Shown here in pieces: positions 1 through 9,803 of a stretch of 64,000 bases of DNA; positions within the stretch are counted from its first letter, which is position 1; each line of letters begins with the position of its first letter. The translations under genes and the position numbers were made by a program. A model generated the notes under the pieces. The model did not search any database. It saw only the letters and a program-made list of their open reading frames with translations, and was not told where the DNA came from. Source of the DNA: Candidatus Woesearchaeota archaeon (lineage in GTDB: Archaea; Nanobdellota; Nanobdellia; Pacearchaeales; GW2011-AR1); the NCBI GenBank assembly GCA_964578345.1, contig CAZOCP010000001.1, positions 2,028 through 66,027 of the forward strand. The letters run 5' to 3'.

Positions 1-16
1 AAAGGGATGTATTGTT

Positions 17-472
17 ATGTTCTATAGTTCTAAGAAGGCTGTTGCAGTTATTCCAGACATTTATGGCAATACCGATGAAGAAATAGCCTCTGCTGTTTCT
101 GATTTTGCTTCACAGCTTATAGGGGTGATTGAATCTGAATTTGAAGGTCTAAAGATAGATAATTTTAAAGTTGCTAAGTTTAGTTCAATGCACGTAGCCA
201 TTTTAGACTCTGTTATTGCAGAATCTTTTCTTATTGAAAATAAACATTGTTATTCTAATGGACGCTTGGCTATTGATTCTTCTCATGGAAGAAATGAACT
301 TGAAGCAGAATCTTGTGATACTGCTCTTGAAGATATAGAAATTTTAGTCAAGTATGAAAATCTTACAAGAGAAAACCAAAAATTAAGAGAGAGGATTAAA
401 GAAGTAGAATCCGAGCTTGAAAATATTCGCAAAAAAGAAGTCGGGGAGGGTATATCAAAAGAGCAAAAATGA
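17..472 (+). CDS. hypothetical protein, C-terminal coiled coil (within integrase-associated island)
   Basis: ORF of 151 aa; heptad-like E/K-rich C-terminus; no recognisable catalytic motifs. Confidence 0.3.
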   Translation: MFYSSKKAVAVIPDIYGNTDEEIASAVSDFASQLIGVIESEFEGLKIDNFKVAKFSSMHVAILDSVIAESFLIENKHCYSNGRLAIDSSHGRNELEAESCDTALEDIEILVKYENLTRENQKLRERIKEVESELENIRKKEVGEGISKEQK

Positions 473-549
473 TACAAAAACTTGACAAACTTGACAAAAG
501 ATTACTGATTCCCTTACATACTCAGAAGAACATCAAGGAGTGCAGATAA

Positions 550-1047
550 ATGACGAGTGAAGCCCAAATATCAGCTAATAGAGAGAATGCACAGCTTAGC
601 ACAGGAGCAAATGATACTTCTAAAACGAGATTTAATGCTGTGAGGCATGGACTTTGTGCGAAAGCATTTCTTACAGAAAAACAAAAAGCCGAATTTAGTG
701 AGATATTTGAAGAGCTGATAGGAGAATTAGAACCCAAAGGAGTAATTGAATTAAGACTTGTTGAAAATATTGCTTTGGCTCTTTGGGAGAGGCAGAAAGT
801 TATTGTGAAAGAGATTGTATACGAGCATAATGGGGATTTGGATGGTCAAATAACAAAGATAAAAAATTCTCCATTTAACGATTTAAACTTTGGAATAACA
901 GAAAAAGATAACAGGAAAAAGAACGAGTTAGAGGATACTAAAATAAATCTTGTATTGCCTAATGAATTGCTTATGCGTTATAGGAATGAAGCAGATAATC
1001 GTTTTTACAGGGTTTTAAGAGTTTGGAAAGAATTTATTCGTAAGTAA
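550..1047 (+). CDS. hypothetical protein
   Basis: 165-aa ORF, no recognisable motifs; lies in integrase-associated block. Confidence 0.3.
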   Translation: MTSEAQISANRENAQLSTGANDTSKTRFNAVRHGLCAKAFLTEKQKAEFSEIFEELIGELEPKGVIELRLVENIALALWERQKVIVKEIVYEHNGDLDGQITKIKNSPFNDLNFGITEKDNRKKNELEDTKINLVLPNELLMRYRNEADNRFYRVLRVWKEFIRK

Positions 1048-1072
1048 TTGGCTTCGTTTCGGGAAACGGAAA

Positions 1073-1420
1073 TTATTTATTTTCTTTTCTTAATATGCTT
1101 GATGTAGCAGAAAGTATTTTTTCAATATTTCTCATATTCTTTCCGAAATCAAATGCTCCACCAAATAATAAACCTGTTTTTGGTGAAGATGTAATTTTAA
1201 CTTTAGTTTTATTTTTTGAAATTTCAGATAATTGAATTGGAATATTCTCTCCCCACGACATCAAACTTATCCCTGCTTTGACTACAATTCTTCCTTGTAA
1301 TTTATCTGCACTATCTATCTTCATTCCTTCAATTGTAGAAATTGCCTTTACCATTGCAGTAAAAACTTTATCTTTACTAAATGGAAATTCACTTTCACCT
1401 TGATGGTCTAAAAATGCCAT
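1073..1420 (-). CDS. hypothetical protein
   Basis: 115-aa ORF, no recognisable motifs. Confidence 0.3.
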   Translation of the reverse strand: MAFLDHQGESEFPFSKDKVFTAMVKAISTIEGMKIDSADKLQGRIVVKAGISLMSWGENIPIQLSEISKNKTKVKITSSPKTGLLFGGAFDFGKNMRNIEKILSATSSILRKENK

Positions 1421-1481
1421 TTTAATCTTTCTCCTTTTTGAAGTATAAATGTTAAGTTTTCTTTCATTTTAATTTAACTGA

Positions 1482-1985
1482 TTAATACCCTACAGCTTGA
1501 ACACCATATTCAGCTTGTTCTCTTGTAAATCCTTCATATACTAATTGTTCAATTAACCCTTCTCGTGAAAATGGCATAGAATCTAAGTAAGATTGAGCTT
1601 TTAATGCCGCCTGTTCATTCCAGTCAGCCCCACAATTATCTGCACCATATTTAGCCTCTTCGTGAGAATATCCCTCATACTCTAATTGTTTTATCAATCC
1701 ACTATAAGAAAATGCCATTACATCCAAATATGATAAAGCTTTTTTTAATGCGTTCTTTTCACCAATTGTTGCTGTATCTGTTTCTGTATTTTGCTGATTT
1801 ACATTATCGGTAGGTTGAATATTTACATTTTGTGTTGCTTGATTAGGATTTGGTTGATTTGTATTTTGGGAATTGTTATCTGTAGAGTTATTTGAGAAAA
1901 TTCCTATAATAATAAGAAAAACAAAAATGCCAATAACTACGCTCCAAACTGGATGCCTCTTAAACCAGTTTTTCTGCTTTTCCAT
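1482..1985 (-). CDS. membrane-anchored protein with two Ltp-family (phage host-surface lipoprotein-like) repeats
   Basis: N-terminal TM helix, then a Q/N/T-rich linker. Two repeats, ALKKALSYLDVMAFSYSGLIKQLEYEGYSHEEAKYGADNCGADW and ALKAQSYLDSMPFSREGLIEQLVYEGFTREQAEYGVQAVG, match the Ltp repeat pattern. Confidence 0.5.
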   Translation of the reverse strand: MEKQKNWFKRHPVWSVVIGIFVFLIIIGIFSNNSTDNNSQNTNQPNPNQATQNVNIQPTDNVNQQNTETDTATIGEKNALKKALSYLDVMAFSYSGLIKQLEYEGYSHEEAKYGADNCGADWNEQAALKAQSYLDSMPFSREGLIEQLVYEGFTREQAEYGVQAVGY

Positions 1986-2065
1986 ACTTTATGTATGTAA
2001 TTTATCCTTTTAAATATTTGGTAACTCATAAGGTAACCTTGAAATAAAAGACTTGGTAACTTGTT

Positions 2066-2338
2066 TTGGGTATGTCAAATGCTACCCGTATTAGTTTTGT
2101 TGCAAGAAGTAAAAGAAGGAAGGAACTCTTAGAAATTTTGAATAAATCCAAAGAAATTAGCCAGCCAGAAATAATGAAGTTATCAAAACAATACAAATCT
2201 CACAATTCACGAACTCTTAAAGAATTATCTGATAAGGGACTAATAGTTTGTGTTAATCCTGAAGACAGGTCTTTCAAATTCTACAAAATAACAAAGAAAG
2301 GAAAAGAAATATTGAAAGAAGCTATAAGAATTAGTTAA
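2066..2338 (+). CDS. small winged-helix DNA-binding protein
   Basis: 90 aa, basic; helix-turn-helix-like segment; adjacent and convergent to the integrase. Confidence 0.35.
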   Translation: MGMSNATRISFVARSKRRKELLEILNKSKEISQPEIMKLSKQYKSHNSRTLKELSDKGLIVCVNPEDRSFKFYKITKKGKEILKEAIRIS

Positions 2339-3102
2339 GTCTGCTTTGATAACTTTATCTTTTCAATCTCTAATTCTAACTTTTTAATTTCCAGTAGTTT
2401 ATCTGCTTCTGTTTGCGAGCTATAGCTTTGTGGTAAGACATAAGGATTCATTTGATGATTAAAGGCTTGATTTATTGCTCTCTGTCTCTGGACGTCGCTT
2501 ATTCTTGCGTATATCTGGGTGGTTGTGACTTGATTGTGCCCTAAGAGGTCTGAGATTGTATAAATATCAACACCCTTATCACTTAAATAAGTAGCATAGC
2601 TGTGGCGTAGAGTGTGAAAATAATATTTGTGTCTGGTAATTTTCTTAATTGTTTCTTTTCCGTTTACTTTTGTTTTAAACTCTAATTCCATTGCAGGAAT
2701 TAAAAGCCCAGTTTTACTCAGTGCTTCACGATATTGTTCTCCTAAACTCTTTTTACGAATATGTGCGTCAGGGGATTTATCTGATGGGAATAACCACTTA
2801 CCACCATCTATTATTTCAATCCATTTCTTTATTGGGCTTATCATCTGTGGTGGAATAGGAACATATCTATCTTTGCCATAACCGCTTAAACTTCTTTTGC
2901 TATTCTTTCCATCAGTAACTTTCAATCTTTGTTTTTCAAGGTCAACATCTTCTATTTTTAGATTACAGACTTCAGAAATTCTCAAGCCACAGAAAAAAGC
3001 GAGAGCCGAAGCAATTGCAACTTTAGGTCTGTCTACGGCATCAAAAATTTTAATCAACTGCTCAACATTCAAAACGCTTGGTAGTTTATTATTGTTGCTC
3101 AT
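2335..3102 (-). CDS. tyrosine recombinase/integrase, catalytic domain
   Basis: C-terminal HTLRHSYATYLSDKGVDIYTISDLLGH...TQIYARI matches the R-H-R-Y catalytic signature of XerC/D-type integrases; it lacks an N-terminal core-binding domain. Confidence 0.8.
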   Translation of the reverse strand: MSNNNKLPSVLNVEQLIKIFDAVDRPKVAIASALAFFCGLRISEVCNLKIEDVDLEKQRLKVTDGKNSKRSLSGYGKDRYVPIPPQMISPIKKWIEIIDGGKWLFPSDKSPDAHIRKKSLGEQYREALSKTGLLIPAMELEFKTKVNGKETIKKITRHKYYFHTLRHSYATYLSDKGVDIYTISDLLGHNQVTTTQIYARISDVQRQRAINQAFNHQMNPYVLPQSYSSQTEADKLLEIKKLELEIEKIKLSKQT

Positions 3103-3566
3103 TATAAACCTCTCATCATTGTTCTTATTTCTTCCATCATGAGAAGTCCGGTATTGCTATTTTTGACTCTTCTTCTATTAGCAGAGATTTGCATGGCTTT
3201 CTTGACGCTTATTTTGCCTTTGGAGAGCTTATCTTTAACATCTTCAGGAATACGAGTGGCGAGAAACCATCTGTATGTGGTTGAAGGATTAAGGTTTTCC
3301 TTTAATAGATATTCATATAGCACCTTTTCATTGAATGTAAGGTCTCTGTAGCCTTTCCAGCCTCTTCTTCCGAGAGGCACACCTTTTTTCTTATGTGCAA
3401 GATACGTTCTAATTTTGCTCAACATAGAAATGAGCTTATCGCCTTCAACTTCTGGAAGAATAGTTTTTATCCCTTCTTTTATCTCATTAACTTTATCAAA
3501 AATGTTTCTCTTCTTTCCGTTCTCTCGGATTCTATAGTTTCCTATCCTATCATAACTCATTTTCAT
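3102..3566 (-). CDS. possible integrase N-terminal (SAM-like/core-binding) domain protein, translationally coupled to the catalytic-domain gene
   Basis: Stop and start overlap the integrase gene (TAATG). Segment LYEYLLKENLNPSTTYRWFLATR resembles the integrase N-terminal SAM-like helix. Confidence 0.35.
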   Translation of the reverse strand: MKMSYDRIGNYRIRENGKKRNIFDKVNEIKEGIKTILPEVEGDKLISMLSKIRTYLAHKKKGVPLGRRGWKGYRDLTFNEKVLYEYLLKENLNPSTTYRWFLATRIPEDVKDKLSKGKISVKKAMQISANRRRVKNSNTGLLMMEEIRTMMRGL

Positions 3567-3943
3567 ACATCCTTTTATTTATTTTTCTTTATATTATTTG
3601 TAATGCAGTCGTAATGCAATTCAAGAAAGAGAGCTAAAATTCATGAACTTACGTAACTTTTGCCAGTAATTGTGCCTGCAATTATACCGACGACGAGTGC
3701 AATTATTAATTCTAACAACATTGTATTCCCGGACTAATTCTCGAGTGATTTTGTGGTTTTCGGTGGTTTCTCAAGGGCTTTTAGAGACTCGTGCATTTCT
3801 TGTAGCCTATTAAGTTTAATAGAATTATTAACTTTATGCTAAAAAGATGCAACCTGAGAAGGTTGTGAGGATTGCGAGAGCAAGTGAGAGGGTTTTAAGA
3901 AAATTACAGGCATTTGAAAAAATTGAGGAAGGAGATTAAATAA

Positions 3944-4261
3944 TCATTTATTTTTTATTCTTAGAGCCAAAATACTTTTTTTGCCTGCAAAATCATCAAT
4001 AATTCCAAGAACAGATATGTTTTTTCCTTTAAGAGAAAGAAGGCATTCACATTCAAATGAGATATTATTATCTAATAATATTACTTTGCTTTTTTCATAC
4101 GCTTTTTCATTAATAACTTTGCCTGAAAAGATAATTTTTTCATTATCTTTCAATTTGTTTATCTCTGAATAGGCTGTAATTTCTTTTGGATTTAAGAATT
4201 GTAATAATATCAATAAACAAAACAATCCCAGGATTCCTATAGATAAAGATAATCTGCGCAT
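3944..4261 (-). CDS. small secreted/membrane-anchored hypothetical protein
   Basis: N-terminal signal/TM segment LSIGILGLFCLLILL; 105 aa. Confidence 0.3.
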   Translation of the reverse strand: MRRLSLSIGILGLFCLLILLQFLNPKEITAYSEINKLKDNEKIIFSGKVINEKAYEKSKVILLDNNISFECECLLSLKGKNISVLGIIDDFAGKKSILALRIKNK

Positions 4262-4310
4262 CTTTTTATAAGTTAGAAAGGTTTAAATTAATCTTTCTAT
4301 TGTAGAGAAT

Positions 4311-5420
4311 ATGAATAAGAAACAGAGTAATAAGAGTAATGAAGAAGGCATAGAAGAAAGATTGCAATTGATAAAAAGTGTAGCTGATGGAGGCGAGATA
4401 ATAGGTGAAGATGAGTTAAGAGGAATTATTGCTTCTGGAAAAGAGATAGTTGCTTATGATGGTTTTGAACCTTCCGGATTAGCACATATTCCATTTGGAT
4501 TGCTTAGGGCAGAAAATTTAAAAGTCATGTTGAGAGCAGGCGTTAAGTTTAAACTGTTACTTGCCGATTACTTTGCATTTATTAATAACAAATTAGGTGG
4601 AGATTTGGAAAGAATAAAAAAAGCTGGAGAGTATTTTGTTGAAGTATGGAAAGCATGCGGTGTTGATACGAGTAAAGTTGAAATTGTTTGGTCTTCAGAT
4701 AGAATGAATAGGTTGGCTTATTGGGATAGGGTATTGAGAATAGCGAAGGAAACAACTTTGAATAGAATTATGAGGGCTACAACAATTATGGGCAGAAAAG
4801 AGGGTGAGCTACACTCTACTGCCCAATTGTTTTATCCAACTATGCAAGTTTCAGATATTTTTGATTTGAATGTTGACATTTGCCAGCTTGGGTTGGATCA
4901 GAGAAGAGCAAATATTCTTGGAAGAGAAATGGCTGAAAAACTAAAATGGAAAAGACCGGTTGTTGTTTCACATCATATGATTTTAGGGCTGCAGGGAATA
5001 CAATCTGGACAAGACAAAGAAGAAATAATAATCGCAAGTAAAATGAGTAAGAGCAAGCCGGAAAGTGCTATTTTTATGCATGACGATTTTGAAGAGATAA
5101 AAAAGAAGATTGAGAAGGCATATTGTCCTGAAAAGATATTAGAGGGAAATCCTCTATTTGATTATCTGAGATATTTAATTTTTAAAAGATATTCTAAAGT
5201 AAAAATAGAGAGACCTAAAAAATTTGGAGGAAATTTGGAATTAGATTATTCAGAGCTGAAGGAGGTTTATGAAAGGGGAGATTTACATCCTTCTGATTTG
5301 AAGAAGGCAGTTATATTTTATTTAAATGAAATGATAGCTCCTGTTAGAGAATACTTTGAAAAAAATAAGAGAGCTAAGGAATTGTACGAAGAAGTTAAAA
5401 AATATGCTTTAACTAGGTAG
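4311..5420 (+). CDS. tyrS: tyrosyl-tRNA synthetase (archaeal type)
   Basis: GFEPSG...H motif, KMSKS motif, and C-terminal KKAYCP..EGNP...RP.KFGG..HP.DLK block typical of archaeal TyrRS. Confidence 0.85.
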   Translation: MNKKQSNKSNEEGIEERLQLIKSVADGGEIIGEDELRGIIASGKEIVAYDGFEPSGLAHIPFGLLRAENLKVMLRAGVKFKLLLADYFAFINNKLGGDLERIKKAGEYFVEVWKACGVDTSKVEIVWSSDRMNRLAYWDRVLRIAKETTLNRIMRATTIMGRKEGELHSTAQLFYPTMQVSDIFDLNVDICQLGLDQRRANILGREMAEKLKWKRPVVVSHHMILGLQGIQSGQDKEEIIIASKMSKSKPESAIFMHDDFEEIKKKIEKAYCPEKILEGNPLFDYLRYLIFKRYSKVKIERPKKFGGNLELDYSELKEVYERGDLHPSDLKKAVIFYLNEMIAPVREYFEKNKRAKELYEEVKKYALTR

Positions 5421-5547
5421 GATTCAGGGATCGCCAACACCTTCAAATTGGCCAAATCTTAATTGTTCTAAATATCTTCTACGTAGAGAATGTAAAGTTT
5501 CTGTTACATGATAAAATTGGTAATACTTTTTTTATTTCATGCAAAAT

Positions 5548-6306
5548 TCAGAGACGCAGTATTTTTGGCATTGTTGCTTCATAGACTTCAAGATGCCAGT
5601 AACCTCTGGAGCCCTTTCTTTCTACTTCAGCATAGAGGCCTGATCTGAGAGAATCAACAATTGTAAGCAGGTCTTTTGTAAGAGGAATTTTTATAGCATT
5701 AACAAGCTCAAGGTTTTGAAAGCACTCTCTTGCAGATTTAATTATTTTTTCGCTGTCAGAGAAGTTTATCACAACAGGAAAATAAAGCCTGCCATTTTCT
5801 TTTAAGTAATTTGAAGATTGTTTTATGAGGGGGATTATTTTTTCTGTGCCGTCAATTCCGCCAGCAGGGACTGCCTGAGGATACCATCCTAGGGCTCTAG
5901 CAGGCTCTTCAGCCATGCCTGATATGTCAGATACAATAAAATCTGCTTTAAGATCTGGATAATCAGAATTGAGAGGCTCAAATATATTTCCCTGCAATAA
6001 AGTTACTTTCTTTGTTAGATTGTATTTTTCTATATTTTTACAGGCAAGCTCGTACTGTTCAGGAATTATTTCTATGCTATAAAGGTGTTGGATTGGTTGT
6101 GAGGCAAGTATAACTGTAAGAGGGCCGGTACCTGAACCGAGTTCAATGCCAATTTCATTTGGATAGGTTTTTACTGCTTCTGCAATTGCCGCAGTTGTTT
6201 GATTTGGCATAAACAAAGATGAAGAAACTAACAGCTTGAGCGCTTGGCCATTGACAGAAAGGAACTTGAATTCCTGCTCAATAATATCATCTAAGGCAAG
6301 TGTCAT
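5548..6306 (-). CDS. class I SAM-dependent methyltransferase (HemK/PrmC-like fold, NPPY motif replaced by DISG)
   Basis: GSGTGPL SAM-binding loop; the overall pattern resembles N5-glutamine methyltransferases but has VSDISGM where NPPY is expected. Confidence 0.55.
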   Translation of the reverse strand: MTLALDDIIEQEFKFLSVNGQALKLLVSSSLFMPNQTTAAIAEAVKTYPNEIGIELGSGTGPLTVILASQPIQHLYSIEIIPEQYELACKNIEKYNLTKKVTLLQGNIFEPLNSDYPDLKADFIVSDISGMAEEPARALGWYPQAVPAGGIDGTEKIIPLIKQSSNYLKENGRLYFPVVINFSDSEKIIKSARECFQNLELVNAIKIPLTKDLLTIVDSLRSGLYAEVERKGSRGYWHLEVYEATMPKILRL

Positions 6307-6497
6307 GCATTCCTGAAACCTTTCAGGTATAAAAAATCTTCCCAGAAGGTCCTTCTTTTTTCTGTAATACTTACTCTCGCTTTCATCACGTCTTTTGCCA
6401 TAGGCGGAATAAGTTTTTCTTTTCGCACTATTTTTAGCAATTCGTAAAAGTCTCCAGGTCCAAATACTTCATAATGGACACCTAATATTTCATGCAT
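6303..6497 (-). CDS. small hypothetical protein overlapping the start of the methyltransferase gene
   Basis: 64-aa ORF, 4-nt overlap (coupled). Confidence 0.25.
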   Translation of the reverse strand: MHEILGVHYEVFGPGDFYELLKIVRKEKLIPPMAKDVMKARVSITEKRRTFWEDFLYLKGFRNA

Positions 6498-6563
6498 GCT
6501 TTATCTTTCTTTTTTTATTATTTAAATGTTTTTGCTCTGGTGTATCTGGACGGAGTGGTAAAA

Positions 6564-7472
6564 TCATGATGTATGAAATTCAACAATATCTTTATCTTTT
6601 AAAATATGGCCAAGGCCCACTTTTTGATTTGGAAATTTGCTCGAGGGGCCAGTAACGCGAGTTGCTTTTATTCTTTGAGAAAAACCCTTAAGTATACTTT
6701 CTGCAGCATCTTTGACTGTGGAGTTCTGAGACAAAACCAAGGGGATTTGAGAAATAGATTTGCCCGGCTCTTTCATGTAGACGCGGACGACGCCCATGTT
6801 TTGAAATATTTTTTCTTTTAATTGTTCAATTCCCCTGTTTGAAAAACAAGATATTAGTATTGCAGGAAGTTTTTTACTTCTTATTTTTTCCTGGAGTTTG
6901 CGAATTTCCTCTTCTGATAATAGATCTATTTTATTTACAATTATTATTCTCTTTCCTGTTGTTTTTACTAAATATGGAGAGATTTTTTCTATTTCTTCTA
7001 ACTTAGTAATCACTAGGATAATCAAGTCTGCAGTGTTTGCTACCCCCATATCTAACTTTTCTGATCCTATACTTGGAAGATCAACTATTTGCGCCCTTAC
7101 ACCACGATACTCAAGCGTGCCAACTTCTGGAGTTTGTGTAGTAAAAGGATGCTCAGATATGAGCGGGCAAGCGTTTGTAATTTTTGATAGAAGCGAAGAT
7201 TTGCCTGATTTTGTGAATCCGATGAGAACACATTGAAATCCTTCTTTACGAATAGTCTTACGTGTTGTTTTTCCTATTTTTTTGCTTTTTTCTTTTTTTT
7301 CTTTAAGCTTTTTAAGGCGGGTTTTAAGTTCAGCAAGTAGATTCTCACTAGATTTATGTTTAGGGGCAGATCTAATCATCCCTTCCAGTGCAGTAATTTT
7401 TTCTTCTATTGTTGCTGCCCGCAAATATATCTTTTCTGCATTGATAAATTCATAAGATGCATTAACTGGCAT
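6564..7472 (-). CDS. Obg-family GTPase of DRG type with C-terminal TGS domain
   Basis: G1 GFTKSGKSS, G3 DLPS, G4 NKID; N-terminal helical region and C-terminal TGS-like beta-grasp. Confidence 0.7.
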   Translation of the reverse strand: MPVNASYEFINAEKIYLRAATIEEKITALEGMIRSAPKHKSSENLLAELKTRLKKLKEKKEKSKKIGKTTRKTIRKEGFQCVLIGFTKSGKSSLLSKITNACPLISEHPFTTQTPEVGTLEYRGVRAQIVDLPSIGSEKLDMGVANTADLIILVITKLEEIEKISPYLVKTTGKRIIIVNKIDLLSEEEIRKLQEKIRSKKLPAILISCFSNRGIEQLKEKIFQNMGVVRVYMKEPGKSISQIPLVLSQNSTVKDAAESILKGFSQRIKATRVTGPSSKFPNQKVGLGHILKDKDIVEFHTS

Positions 7473-7522
7473 GTTTCTTTATTGGAGGCAATATTTATTA
7501 ATCCTCTCTCTTTGGAGAAAGC

Positions 7523-8719
7523 ATGAGATTTCTTCGTAAAAAGTTGAAGAACGGCATAACGGTACTTATGGAACAGCGGGAGCTACCTGTAATTGCTGCC
7601 AGCATTACTAACCTTCACGGTGCTGGTTTAGAAGATGCTAAAATCAAAGGTATTTCGCATATGGTTGAGCACATGCTCTTTACTGGAACTAAGACAAGAA
7701 CCCATGAAGACATTTCTCGTGAGATCGAGAAGAAAGGAGGAATTTTGAATGCTTTTACTGCGAGCGAAGTTACTTCGTATTGGTTTAAGTTACCGAGTGA
7801 ACACTTGTTTAAAGGTTTTGATATCCTCTGTGATATGCTCAAGAATGCTATTTTTAATTTAGAAAAGTTCGAGAAGGAAAAAAAAGTTATTCTAGAAGAA
7901 ATCAAGATGTATCATGATACGCCTGAGCGTTATATTTATGATATTATCGCGCAGAACCTCTACTCGCCTCCTTTTGGTTTGCCTGTTATAGGCGATGCAA
8001 ATAGTGTATCTAGCTTGTCGCGAGATTTCGTTATTGAATACTTTAAAAAACATTATTCACCTAGTACATACTTGGCGGTTTTAGTCGGCAAGGCTGACTT
8101 TGATACAGTGTGTGATTATTTAGAGCAGCAATTTCCTTCCGGACAACGAACCATTCCCCAGATTAAAGTTTTGCCTATTATTTGCCATACAGTCGAAGAA
8201 CGAGCAGGAATTGATCAAGCACACTATATTTTTGGAGTACATGCTCCATTGTATGGAACACATGAATACTCTGTGCTTGAAGTTCTGGATGCCTATCTTG
8301 CAAACGGCATGAGTTCGCGGCTTTTTCTTAAGATTCGGGAGGAAAAAGGACTTGCATATACTGTACGAGGCTCGCTTAATGCAGAAAGAAGCTATTCTTA
8401 CTATACTATTTATACTGGAACAAATAAAGCGGCGATTTCCGAAATACAAAAAATAATTCTCGATGAATTTGTAGCCATTGAAAAGATGAATGCGAAAGAT
8501 CTGGCAGAGGCAAAGCAACTCTTAATTGGCCAGCGTAAAATTAGCAGTGAAGAAAGCACAAAGGTAATGACTGAGTTGCTCTTTGCAGAGGTTGTGGGAA
8601 AGGCAGAGGATTATTATGAGCACGATAAGAGAATACAATCAGTAAATTTACAACAAGTAAAGACTTTAGCTGGGGAATTGATCAAGAAATACAGCACAGC
8701 GATAATTGTACCAAAGTGA
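7523..8719 (+). CDS. M16-family zinc peptidase (pitrilysin/insulinase-like)
   Basis: Inverted zinc motif HMVEHM (HxxEH) near the N-terminus; length and fold pattern of the M16B subfamily. Confidence 0.75.
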   Translation: MRFLRKKLKNGITVLMEQRELPVIAASITNLHGAGLEDAKIKGISHMVEHMLFTGTKTRTHEDISREIEKKGGILNAFTASEVTSYWFKLPSEHLFKGFDILCDMLKNAIFNLEKFEKEKKVILEEIKMYHDTPERYIYDIIAQNLYSPPFGLPVIGDANSVSSLSRDFVIEYFKKHYSPSTYLAVLVGKADFDTVCDYLEQQFPSGQRTIPQIKVLPIICHTVEERAGIDQAHYIFGVHAPLYGTHEYSVLEVLDAYLANGMSSRLFLKIREEKGLAYTVRGSLNAERSYSYYTIYTGTNKAAISEIQKIILDEFVAIEKMNAKDLAEAKQLLIGQRKISSEESTKVMTELLFAEVVGKAEDYYEHDKRIQSVNLQQVKTLAGELIKKYSTAIIVPK

Positions 8720-8748
8720 GATTAATTATTTATTTTATTCTCAAAAAT

Positions 8749-9516
8749 TTAAACTTTAAAAATAGGTGTAGCGTAGTCTTTCAATGAAAGAGAGATTTCA
8801 GCTGGAAAGTTTTTTCTCTCTCTTAGAAGAGCATTGAAAGTTGAGAAGGCTTTTTTTGGAGTATTATTTATTTCACTAAGGTGAGAGAGAACAACATGTC
8901 TTAATTTTTGGTTTGCGTGCTCTAAAATTCCAAGAGCCGCCTGCTTGTTTGAAAGATGTCCTTCATCACTTTTTATCCACGATTTTAGGTGTTCTGGGTA
9001 AGGACCGTTTTCAAGCATTTTAGTGTCGTGATTTGATTCTAGGAAGATAAAATGGGAGCTCGAAATATGTGCATTTGCTTCCTTGCATAAGTAACCTAGG
9101 TCAGTTATTATAGAGACTTTTTTGTTTGTAGATATCATGTAAGAAACAGGGTCTGCCGCTGAATGGGATTTTGGGAATGCCTTAATTTCCAAATTGTTTA
9201 TTTTTACAGTTTCATTATTTTTTATTGGTTGAATAAGAGAATCTTCTTTACACAAAAAAGAGTTTTTTATTGTTTTTTTAGTTGCATAAATGGGTATGTT
9301 GAATTGACGAGCGAAAACGTCTGTGCCACGAACATGGTCTATATGTTCATGAGTAATAAATATAGCTTTAATGTTTGAAGGGACTCTTTTTATGGAAGCT
9401 AATCTTTCAATGATCTTCTTAGCACTAATGCCTACATCTACTATTATAGCTGATTTTTTGTGCTCTATATAAAAGCAATTTCCTGAAGATCCTGATGCAA
9501 GTGCAGAGACTTTCAT
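8749..9516 (-). CDS. metallo-beta-lactamase-fold hydrolase
   Basis: THEHIDH (HxHxDH) motif with downstream His/Asp ligands. Confidence 0.7.
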   Translation of the reverse strand: MKVSALASGSSGNCFYIEHKKSAIIVDVGISAKKIIERLASIKRVPSNIKAIFITHEHIDHVRGTDVFARQFNIPIYATKKTIKNSFLCKEDSLIQPIKNNETVKINNLEIKAFPKSHSAADPVSYMISTNKKVSIITDLGYLCKEANAHISSSHFIFLESNHDTKMLENGPYPEHLKSWIKSDEGHLSNKQAALGILEHANQKLRHVVLSHLSEINNTPKKAFSTFNALLRERKNFPAEISLSLKDYATPIFKV

Positions 9517-9803
9517 TTACCTTTTTTTATTTGTCTTATTAATTAGAATAAATTGAGGCAGAGTTTATATATTAGTATGGTTTCTTCTAAAGAGAAAAAA
9601 ATAAAATAAATATGAGGATAGTATCTAACTTTATCACAAAGTCCTTTCCTATTAGCAATTTTAATAGAGCACAATGCAATCTGTCAATCGTATAAGGACT
9701 ATTTTGAATATTTGTGGAAAGTGGTTAGACACTGGCTAATGTTATAAGTATCACAACTCAATAAAGAGATAGAATTATTAATCTGTTTTTTTATCTAGGA
9801 TTT

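Noticed and set aside
3600-3950. Possible tRNA or att site in the 350-nt gap after the integrase block
   Set aside because: No cloverleaf could be folded and no T-loop GTTC(G/A)A(A/T)TC motif is present. No direct repeat matching another part of the window was found.
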